Positions 19,626 through 27,397 of a stretch of DNA of 64,000 bases are shown here, piece after piece. The translations under genes and the position numbers were made by a program. Below the pieces are notes generated by a model. It saw nothing but the letters and a program-made list of their open reading frames with translations, was not told where the DNA came from and did not search any database. The DNA is taken from positions 576-64,575 of the forward strand of contig CALECT010000032.1 in NCBI GenBank assembly GCA_937949725.1, given 5' to 3'. The stretch comes from an uncultured Pseudanabaenaceae cyanobacterium (lineage in GTDB: Bacteria > Cyanobacteriota > Cyanobacteriia > PCC-9006 > JAAUQQ01). Every line of letters begins with the position of its first letter. Position 1 is the stretch's first letter.

Positions 19626-20549
19626 TTAGAGACCAGAGACTTGCTGAGCTTCGGAGAGCCGTTCACCTTTCATGAGGTGCCATTCCACTTCGGCGAGGGA
19701 CCAGCCGTCTTTCATGCGTTGGCGGTGGCTGCGTAGCATGGCGGGGCTGCCGCTTTTGCCGAGGATGCGCTGGTAGAGCTGGTTGAGGGCTTGGGTGGTT
19801 TCATCGCGGTTGATGATGTCTGCACGGACGAGGTTGAGGGAGACGCCACTGCTGAGTAGGTGGGCGTAGCTTTTTGATGTATCTGCATCAACAGTCGTAC
19901 CAACAACTTCACGATAGATGGCTTCGACTTGGTTGTTGTAGGCGTTGTCGAATTGATTGGAGCGGTTGTCGCGATTGTCTACTTCAAACGGTACGAGACT
20001 CGCAAGGGAGTTGTCGTTGGTGAGATAGAGATGGCCTAGTTTGCGGCCTTTGTAAGTGCGCTGGGTAATGCGCCAGCCGGGTTCAAATTTGAGCTGGGAG
20101 AAGGACTCAGCGGGGCCATGGCTGCGGGCGATGATGATGCTGGGACGACCGGCGCGGCTGGGTTTGGCGATGAGTTGGAGTTCGTTGTTCTCGCTGATGA
20201 TTTCTGGGCTGTATTTAACGTATTGGTCTTGACCATCGATGCGGATGGAGTAGCCATTGCTATCCACACCTCGCATGCAAATACCGTTGAAGTTGAAGTT
20301 TAGGAGGAGAGGGGTGATGACGGCGGGCTGCTGGCCCTGTTGGTTCCAGCAGGGGCGTTTGCCGCTGAGTTGGCCGATGACGGTGAGTCGATGGAGGTCA
20401 CCGCCTTGGTAAGGGGTGGCCATGAGGACGAAGTCGCTTTGGCGAACTTCTTTTTGGTCGAAGATGGTGCTGGCGACGGCGGGTTTTAGGGCTAGGGAGC
20501 TAAGGGTTACGGAGAGGGTGGCGAGGATTGTATGTGTAAGGAGTTTCAT
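19626..20549 (-). CDS. DUF3747-like secreted protein with C-terminal helical repeats
   Basis: Start MKLLTHT at 20549, with FDQKEV, RPCW, PLLLNFNFNGIC, DSNGYSIR and LGHLYL motifs. Confidence 0.75.
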   Translation of the reverse strand: MKLLTHTILATLSVTLSSLALKPAVASTIFDQKEVRQSDFVLMATPYQGGDLHRLTVIGQLSGKRPCWNQQGQQPAVITPLLLNFNFNGICMRGVDSNGYSIRIDGQDQYVKYSPEIISENNELQLIAKPSRAGRPSIIIARSHGPAESFSQLKFEPGWRITQRTYKGRKLGHLYLTNDNSLASLVPFEVDNRDNRSNQFDNAYNNQVEAIYREVVGTTVDADTSKSYAHLLSSGVSLNLVRADIINRDETTQALNQLYQRILGKSGSPAMLRSHRQRMKDGWSLAEVEWHLMKGERLSEAQQVSGL

Positions 20550-20863
20550 TATGGGGTGGTTCCCCGAGGTGGGGAAATGGCTTGTGTGGTGAGGTTGGTA
20601 GATGACACCACTGAACTCCATTAAATTTTTTATACAAAATAAATATGATGTCGACAAGCGCCATCTGGTGGATGTTAGAGGATGGCGAATGTTACGTAGA
20701 TCTGCTTGCGGTGCAAGCCCTATAAATACGGGGTCTTGGGGTTGTGGTTTGGTAGATGCTGTGAGGGATAGTCAGAGATTTGGGATATATAGAATAAAAG
20801 CAATTCGTATGTACTATGATTGAATTGCCAAATTTATCTTGAAATCTTCAGGAGTCAGCAGCT

Positions 20864-21274
20864 ATGCAACTGAGTCCCTATCTTTCGTTTAATGGTCAAT
20901 GCGAAGCGGCGTTTAAGTTCTATGAGCAGGTTTTGGGGGGCAAGATTAGTTCTTTGCTTCCCTATGAGGGGTCACCAATGGCGGATGAGGTGCCTGGGGA
21001 TTGGGGGAAGAAGGTGATGCATGGTGAGTTTCAGTTGGGCGATTTGACGATTATGGGGTCGGATTGTTTGTCGGATTGGTTTGAGAAGGCTCAGGGGACT
21101 TCGCTGTCGGTGAGTGTGGCTGAGCCGGGGGAGGCGGATCGGATTTTTGATGCTCTGGCGGAGGGTGGCGAGGCGAAGATGCCGATGCAGGAGACGTTCT
21201 GGGCGACTCGGTTTGGGGTGGTGACAGATAAGTTTGGGATTCCTTGGATGATTGGCTGCGATAAGGGTAAGTGA
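20864..21274 (+). CDS. VOC/PhnB-like (glyoxalase fold) protein
   Basis: PYLSFNGQCEAAFKFY...MPMQETFWA..FG..TDKFGIPW, with an AGGAG RBS. Confidence 0.9.
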   Translation: MQLSPYLSFNGQCEAAFKFYEQVLGGKISSLLPYEGSPMADEVPGDWGKKVMHGEFQLGDLTIMGSDCLSDWFEKAQGTSLSVSVAEPGEADRIFDALAEGGEAKMPMQETFWATRFGVVTDKFGIPWMIGCDKGK

Positions 21275-21378
21275 CCTTGTTGAGGTTGATTTATCGTTTG
21301 GTTTGGGGTTGGGATGCGGGATTCTGTGTTTTAACCCCATCGCTTAGAATTTAGGGGCTGCGCTTTTGTGATGTTGCG

Positions 21379-21957
21379 ATGATTGCTACGCCGAGTCCAC
21401 AACAGCCAAGTTCAAGCCGGATGTCTGGGGAGGCGTATTTGGCTTGGGAGCCTTTGCAGGAGCAGCGCTATGAGTATGTGGATGGGGCGATCGTTGCGAT
21501 GACTGGGGGGACGGTACCCTATAACGATATTGCGGTGAATTTGTTGACGGCGCTCCATGGTGCGGTGCGGGCGAAGGGTTGTCGGATCAATATTGCGGAT
21601 GTGAAGGTGCAGGTTTCTGCGATGGGGGCTTATCGCTATCCGGATTTGGTGGTGAGTTGCGATGGGCGGGATTTGCAGAATAGGGAGCTGGTGCAGTTCC
21701 CGAGTTTGATTGTGGAGGTGTTGTCGCCGGGGACGGAGGCGGTGGATCGGGGGGCGAAGTTTAATGAGTATCGCAGTTTGGAGACGTTGCAGGAGTATGT
21801 GCTGGTGGATGCCAGTGCGGTGGGGGTTGAGGTTTATCGTCGGGGGGAGGGGCGGATGTGGCTTTATTATCCCTATGGTGCGGGGGAGCGGGTGGCGTTT
21901 GAGAGTCTTGGGGTTGAGCTGGGTGTAGCGGAGGTTTATGCGAATACAACTGTTTGA
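21379..21957 (+). CDS. Uma2 family (DUF820) endonuclease-fold protein
   Basis: RYEYVDG, YRYPDLVV, VEVLSPGT, DRGAKF and EYVLVD motifs. Confidence 0.92.
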   Translation: MIATPSPQQPSSSRMSGEAYLAWEPLQEQRYEYVDGAIVAMTGGTVPYNDIAVNLLTALHGAVRAKGCRINIADVKVQVSAMGAYRYPDLVVSCDGRDLQNRELVQFPSLIVEVLSPGTEAVDRGAKFNEYRSLETLQEYVLVDASAVGVEVYRRGEGRMWLYYPYGAGERVAFESLGVELGVAEVYANTTV

Positions 21958-21997
21958 GGTTTGGGCTTGGCCGCTAGGCGTGGTGGTGCATGGCTGA

Positions 21998-22304
21998 GCA
22001 GCAGAGAGCTGAAGCTCACCGCTCAGAGCTGAAGTCGGTTGAAACCGACTGGGGAGTTCAGGCAGAGAACTTTCTAAACAAGAATTTCAGCCCGTTTCAA
22101 CGGGCTTGAGCTTTGAGCCGGGGGATTTATCCCCTGGCGGCGATGCTTGGCTTGGCAGCGGAGAGCTGAAGCTCGCCGCTCAGAGCTGAAATCGGTTGAA
22201 ACCGACTGGGGAGTTCAGACAGAAAATTTTCTAAGCAAGGGTTTCAGCCCGTTTTAACGGGCTTGAGCTTTGAGCCGGGGGATTTATCCCCTGGCGGCGA
22301 TGCT
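21998..22304. repeat. Two tandem ~150-bp REPIN-like palindromic elements (period 157 bp)
   Basis: Copies at 21998-22147 and 22155-22304. Each has hairpins TCGGTTGAAACCGA, GCCCGTTT(C/T)AACGGGC and GGGGATTTATCCCC, and inverted arms GCTCAGAGCT/AGCTTTGAGC. Confidence 0.85.
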
Positions 22305-22344
22305 AGACGAAGCAGACACGACAGTTTGATGCATTCAGGTTGAA

Positions 22345-25300
22345 TTAAGAGTCCTCGGCCTTGCGAATGTCGGCTTCCTGCTCACGGACTTTTTTGAGGA
22401 CAGCGGTGACGATTTTGCCGCCAGGGATGGTCTCTACAGCAGCTTCGCCTGCGGTTTGGACGATTTCGGTGATGCGTTGAAGGCGGCTGGGGGGTAGTGC
22501 TTTGCGGACGTGTTCGGCTTTTTCGTCTTCGGTGGCAAGGGGGTTGTCTTTGGCGAGTTGAATCAGTAAGTCTTTGATTTCTTCGGCGGCTTCGGCTGGT
22601 GTTTTGGGTTCGGGGTTGTTGGTGATGTAGATGTTCTCGGCTTGGTAGACGACGCCACCGCTAACGTCAGCTTGGTAGCCTTTTGCATTGCCAGAGTTGT
22701 TTTGAGTAAATTTGCTAGTCATGATGTCTTGCCGGTTAGAGGAATTGGGGAAGTCGGGATTTAAGGGCTCTGTCACGTCAGAAATAAGCCGACGCACATT
22801 GACCATTTGATAACTTTTGGAGCATTGAATTTCATATTGTTTGTCGGTTTCAAATTGCTGAAGGATTGAGAGGGGATAAAGAACAGGGGTTTGTTGGCCT
22901 TTGCATTTGGAGCAGTTGCAAGGGATAAGTTCTTCAACTTGAATGTTGGGATAGCTCCTGTGGATTTTGTAGATTTCGCGGCGAATCCAGTCGAGGAGTG
23001 TTTTTTGTTGGGCTCCGGCGACGCGGATGGAGAGTTCGCTTTTGTTGTAGTTCTCGATGACTTCGGCGCGGGCGTTGCCGTGGCGAAGAACCACGCCGCT
23101 CTTCCAGACCAGGCCCTGAACGTTATCGTCGGGCTCGATTAGTTCGTGCATTTCGACGATGAGGCGGGTGATAAGGCCTTTGGGCATGAATTCATAGGTG
23201 TAGCGGAGGATGAGGTTGTTGGTTTCTTCCCAGTGGTAGTCGGGGCGATCGATGCTGAGCAGGCTGGGGGCGATGAAGCTGCCTTCGCGCTCGCCACGCA
23301 GGGGGTAGCAGATGGCGAATTTCTGCATGAGGGCGAGGAGTTCGTCTTGGACATCGGCGTATTCGCTACCGCTCCAGATTTCGTCGAGGTCTTCGCGGCT
23401 GAAACGGCCCAGGTCGTCTTTGATCTTTTGGCTGTCGGTGACTTTGTAGACGGCATTGGTGGCCCATGTGGGGCTGAGGATGACGTAGTTTTTGAGGCCG
23501 AGGTCGCTTTGGAAGTGGAGGCAGATGCCTAGCTCGTGGAGCTGGCTGCTGATGGTGAGGGCTTCGTTTTTATCAGTGATGCCTTCTCGATGGCAAAGTG
23601 CTAGGTAGTTCGCCACTTCGATGTATTGGGCTTTTGGGTTTTTGCTGTAGTTTTCCAGGGCGTAGCGGACTTTGGCCCATTTGTGAGGCCAAGGGTCATT
23701 CACTCCGTCGAGTTGAGTCATACGTTGCTGGATGTGGTCGCGCAGTTGGTCTAGTCCGGTGTTGTCAGCGAGGTCTACAGAGATGCTTTGATTGATGAGG
23801 TTGGGGAACTCTTTGCGCAAGCTGCCTTCATCAATTTCGCATTGGCGCTTGCTTTTTTCGTTTTTGATTAAGAGGACGGGGCTGTTGTCGCCTAGGAGGC
23901 GGATGATGTTGAGCCAATAGTAGACGCTGCTGAGGTTGAGGTCGCGGCGGCTGTCGATGACGAGGGCATAGAGGGAGCGGCGGGTGAGGAAGAATTGGTG
24001 GGTGGCATGGTAGATTTCTTGGCCGCCGAAGTCCCAGATGTTGATTTTGAAGAGGTCGCCGTTAGGTTGATCGAAGCTGATGCGGTTGACTTCGATGCCT
24101 TCGGTGGATTTTTCGGGGTTTTTGCTGTCTTCGGGGTTGAGTTCGTAGAAGGGATATTGTAGCTTTTTAGCCAGTGTGGTTTTACCGACGCTGCCTTCAC
24201 CTACAATTAGAAGTTTGGCTTCGCTGAGGGGGGCGGCGTCTTCAGCAGTCGCTTTGAAGTAGAAATTAGTGAGGGTTTTTAGGTCACTGGGCTCTTTGAA
24301 TAGAAGTCCGAGTCCGTATTGGTCAGGTTGGGTTAGAAGTTCGATAGGAACGGAGATTTGATTGCCTTGGAGAGCTAGTTTGAAGTTAGTTGTGCAATCC
24401 TTGGTCCACTGCGGCAGAGAAGAGATTTGGTTCGATCTTAAGTCAAGTGTCTCTAAGCTCTGGAGATTCGCGATCACTGCAGGAATCTCTGAGATTTCGT
24501 TCTGCCATAATGCAAGTGTTTCTAAGCTCTGGAGATTCTCAATCGTCTTAGGAATTTCCGTGATTTTGTTTCCACCTAAGAAGAGACCCTGAAGTTCTTC
24601 AAGATGAGAAATCGCTCCAGGAATTTCTGAGATGCAATTACGATTTAAGTTTAAAGTGTTAAGGTTACATAATTGAGCAATTATCTCAGGGATATTTGAA
24701 ATTTTATTTTGCCATAGGAGAAGAGTCTTAAGGGGGGGTAGCTGGGTTATACCTTCTGTTATCTTGGATATATTATTATTCCCTAGGTTAAGAAACTGAA
24801 TGTTTTTTAGATGAGAAATTTCCTTTGGTATATCACTAATTCGATTGTCTCCTAAACAAAGAGCATGGAGGTTTTCTAGTTGGGAAATCCTCTGAGGTAT
24901 ATGGTTGATCTGATTATATTCCAAGTTAAGAATATGAAGGTTACGCAAATGAAAAACTGCTTCGGGGATTTGGGAAATCTTATTATGACTAATGTTTAAA
25001 ATCTGTAGTTCATGAAGATTCTTGATTGAGTCCGGAATCTGGCATATCTCATTCATGCCTAAGTCAAGAATTTGTAGTCTCTGGATGTTTAGAACTTCTT
25101 CCGAAATATCCTCGATATTGTTATTGCCTAGTTCAACTATATGTAAGTTTTCAAGCTTTGCAATTTCTCGTGTAATCTCACGTATTTGATTTGAAGCTAA
25201 ATCGAGATTTTGCAAGCACTGAAGTTGAACGATCACGTCTGGAAGAAATGAAAATCGATTGAAACTTGCATTTAGTATACGCAAATTTTCGAGTTGAGTT

Positions 25301-25701
25301 ATTTCATTCGGTATCTCCTCTAACTCAATCTGAACTAGCTCAAGTTCTTCTAGACTGACAATGTCAAATATCTTATCCAACTTAAGGAAAGGATTTCCAC
25401 TTAATCTGAGCACCTTCAGATTTTCTAGTAGTAGTAACTCTTTCGGAAGCTCTCTCAAATAATTTCCAATGGGCCAAGCACTATACTTTGAACTGACAGG
25501 ATGGATGTTGGCCTGCCAGCTATCTCGTTTATTGTGCTTTCCTAGAATCAGCGTCTCCAGCCGCTCCAGTTTACCAATTTCTCTCGGCAGCTCCTCCAGC
25601 CCCAACCCCGCCAAATCCAGCTCAGTCCACCCCTCATCCGCGGCCCGATCAATCAACCGCAGCAAATCCGCCTTCGTCTTCACCTCATGGCTCGCCATCA
25701 A
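22345..25701 (-). CDS. Roco protein: LRR-Roc-COR with C-terminal amyloid-like motif and helical domain
   Basis: Many 23-aa LRRs, Roc motifs GEGSVGKT, IWDFGGQEIYHATHQFFLT and NEKS, COR motifs LHELGICLHF and MPKGLITRLIV, and tail FTQNNSGNAKGYQADVSGGVVYQAENIYI. Confidence 0.93.
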   Translation of the reverse strand: MMASHEVKTKADLLRLIDRAADEGWTELDLAGLGLEELPREIGKLERLETLILGKHNKRDSWQANIHPVSSKYSAWPIGNYLRELPKELLLLENLKVLRLSGNPFLKLDKIFDIVSLEELELVQIELEEIPNEITQLENLRILNASFNRFSFLPDVIVQLQCLQNLDLASNQIREITREIAKLENLHIVELGNNNIEDISEEVLNIQRLQILDLGMNEICQIPDSIKNLHELQILNISHNKISQIPEAVFHLRNLHILNLEYNQINHIPQRISQLENLHALCLGDNRISDIPKEISHLKNIQFLNLGNNNISKITEGITQLPPLKTLLLWQNKISNIPEIIAQLCNLNTLNLNRNCISEIPGAISHLEELQGLFLGGNKITEIPKTIENLQSLETLALWQNEISEIPAVIANLQSLETLDLRSNQISSLPQWTKDCTTNFKLALQGNQISVPIELLTQPDQYGLGLLFKEPSDLKTLTNFYFKATAEDAAPLSEAKLLIVGEGSVGKTTLAKKLQYPFYELNPEDSKNPEKSTEGIEVNRISFDQPNGDLFKINIWDFGGQEIYHATHQFFLTRRSLYALVIDSRRDLNLSSVYYWLNIIRLLGDNSPVLLIKNEKSKRQCEIDEGSLRKEFPNLINQSISVDLADNTGLDQLRDHIQQRMTQLDGVNDPWPHKWAKVRYALENYSKNPKAQYIEVANYLALCHREGITDKNEALTISSQLHELGICLHFQSDLGLKNYVILSPTWATNAVYKVTDSQKIKDDLGRFSREDLDEIWSGSEYADVQDELLALMQKFAICYPLRGEREGSFIAPSLLSIDRPDYHWEETNNLILRYTYEFMPKGLITRLIVEMHELIEPDDNVQGLVWKSGVVLRHGNARAEVIENYNKSELSIRVAGAQQKTLLDWIRREIYKIHRSYPNIQVEELIPCNCSKCKGQQTPVLYPLSILQQFETDKQYEIQCSKSYQMVNVRRLISDVTEPLNPDFPNSSNRQDIMTSKFTQNNSGNAKGYQADVSGGVVYQAENIYITNNPEPKTPAEAAEEIKDLLIQLAKDNPLATEDEKAEHVRKALPPSRLQRITEIVQTAGEAAVETIPGGKIVTAVLKKVREQEADIRKAEDS

Positions 25702-26121
25702 CCCAACTCCTCGCCAAACCCAGTGAAAACACGCACAGCCCTATCCTAACCAACCCTACCCAAAATCTCCCAATCCCTAAATAAAATTTCCATTTAGCCC
25801 CAACCTCAGTCCCAACCAACTTACCAAACGACCCAAAGCCCCCACGGTCCAAGCCCTCTAACCCGCCAGGGTATCCCACCCCTCCCGGACCCTCACCCCC
25901 CACAAAAACGCAAAGCTTCCATCAAATTTCCCCATCCACGGCACCTTCCCCCGCTTCCCTCCGTCACACTGCACCAAGAGCGAACAAGTTTTTCGGTTAC
26001 ATCACGACATCCGTATCCCAACAGGGAACCTATCCGACAAGCCCTGGCCATCCTTCCCAGCGCTACCCCCACTCAGGCCCCATGCACCCAACACAATAAC
26101 CACCTTCCATGGGCTAAAGCC

Positions 26122-26427
26122 ATGATCCCTGCCATGACAGACCTCAACGCCCAAATCATCAACGAAATACTCCACCAAGCCCGCGAAAGCTTCGCCCTTG
26201 CCAAGCACAACTACCGCATCGCCCTCACCGCCACCAGCGCCAGCATCCTCGTCAGCCTCATCGGCATAGGCGTATTTGCCAGCGGCCGCGCCACCCAAGG
26301 CGCAATTGCCACAGCAACCGGAGCCCTGCCCCTCATCGCCTGCGCCCAATACCTCAAATCCGCAGGCGACCAACTCGACGCCGCCAGCAAACAGCTCAAT
26401 GAAACGCTGGATAACCTGGATGCTTGA
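26122..26427 (+). CDS. Small 2-TM protein resembling the cyanobacterial TRADD-N-associated membrane domain
   Basis: EILHQARESF...ALTATSASILVSLIG...GAIATATG followed by a coiled C-terminus. Family assigned by recollection. Confidence 0.55.
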   Translation: MIPAMTDLNAQIINEILHQARESFALAKHNYRIALTATSASILVSLIGIGVFASGRATQGAIATATGALPLIACAQYLKSAGDQLDAASKQLNETLDNLDA

Positions 26428-26444
26428 ACCGAGCGGAACAGCCG

Positions 26445-26564
26445 CCTCTTCCCCTAACCCCTACTCCTCAAGGAGCAGGGGGACCGAGCCACGTAGCGCA
26501 AAACTTATCAAGAAGTATTAGTTTACGTCACCCCGCTCCTTCAGGAGAGGGGCCGGGGGAGAGG
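26445..26564. repeat. Palindromic element A (DUF559-flanking)
   Basis: Left arm CCTCTTCCCCTAACCCCTACTCCTCAAGGAGCAGGGGGA and inverted right arm TCACCCCGCTCCTTCAGGAGAGGGGCCGGGGGAGAGG. Confidence 0.9.
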
Positions 26565-26949
26565 ATTCTTGCCTCAACCCAACCTCCGCAATCTCCTCCA
26601 ACACCCCTTCCAAATCCTCAAAAACCTGCTCATTCGTAAACCGCAAAACTGTCAAACCCTGCTCTCGCATCCAAGCATCGCGAATCCCATCCGCCTCCCG
26701 CTGCTGCTCATGCACCTTGCCATCCACCTCCACCACCAACGCAGCAGCATGACAATAAAAATCCGCAATAAAGCGACCCAAATTATGTTGTCGGCGAAAC
26801 TTCGCATTGCATAGCCGCTTCACCCGCAAGCATTCCCACAGCAACAATTCCGCAGGCGTTTGCCGCAGCCGCAGCTCCAAAACGCGCTGCATCAACACCG
26901 GCGGAATCCGGCGGCTACAGGCTCCAGACAAAAGACGTTCATCAGTCAT
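26518..26949 (-). CDS. DUF559 endonuclease (Vsr-like)
   Basis: LRLRQTPAELLLWECLR, KFRRQH, FIADFYC, VEVDGKVH, RD and LRFTN motifs. Confidence 0.9.
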   Translation of the reverse strand: MTDERLLSGACSRRIPPVLMQRVLELRLRQTPAELLLWECLRVKRLCNAKFRRQHNLGRFIADFYCHAAALVVEVDGKVHEQQREADGIRDAWMREQGLTVLRFTNEQVFEDLEGVLEEIAEVGLRQESSPPAPLLKERGDVN

Positions 26950-26971
26950 GTCTGTAGGCTGCCCACATAGG

Positions 26972-27162
26972 CCTCTTCCCCTAACCCCTACTCCTAAAGG
27001 AGCAGGGGGACCGAGCCACGTAGCGCTACCCCTCTGTCAGATAAGTTTAAACGACTTCCCCCCCTCTCCTTTCGCACGGATCGAACCAAGTCGCATCACA
27101 ACCCCGTAATACCTGTGGATCTACGTCACCCCGCTCCTTTAGGAGAGGGGCCGGGGGAGAGG
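26972..27162. repeat. Palindromic element B (longer spacer containing a degenerate arm)
   Basis: Same arms as element A, with an internal CCCCCTCTCCTT remnant at about 27060. Confidence 0.88.
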
Positions 27163-27264
27163 ATTCTTGCCTCTTCACTCCCCCTCATAATCAGAAAAAT
27201 ACGACAACTACAAGCCCCAGGCAAAAGACGTTCATCAGTCATGTCTGTAGGCTGCCCACATAGG

Positions 27265-27385
27265 CCTCTTCTCCTAACCCCTACTCCTAAAGGAGCAGGG
27301 GGATCGAACCACGTAGCGTCACCCCCCTGTCATACCTGTGGATCTACGTCACCCCGCTCCTTTAGGAGAGGGGCCGGGGGAGAGG
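27265..27385. repeat. Palindromic element C
   Basis: Same arms as elements A and B, and shares ATACCTGTGGATCTACGTCACCCC with B. Confidence 0.88.
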
Positions 27386-27397
27386 ACTTTTGCCTCT

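Noticed and set aside
20590-20760. GGTAGATG matches as extra NsiR1 copies
   Set aside because: The matches are only 8-9 nt, without the promoter motif or terminator, and are expected by chance in a G/T-rich patch.
21998-22304. CRISPR repeat suggested by GTTGAAAC/GTTTCAAC
   Set aside because: These are loops of hairpins within 150-bp inverted-repeat units, not direct repeats with unique 30-40-nt spacers.
11034-24200. Many antisense or alternate-frame ORFs (for example 11034..11576, 12879..13379, 16502..17122 and 23146..23532)
   Set aside because: They are shadow ORFs overlapping well-supported genes, favoured by GC content and strand skew, with no motifs.
24300-25550. Diversity-generating retroelement acting on the LRRs
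   Set aside because: No reverse transcriptase and no TR/VR pair with adenine-specific mismatches was seen. The near-duplicate is ordinary LRR periodicity.
26445-27385. Canonical IS element or CRISPR array
   Set aside because: There is no DDE/HUH transposase, no evident target-site duplication, and the spacing is irregular with inverted arms.
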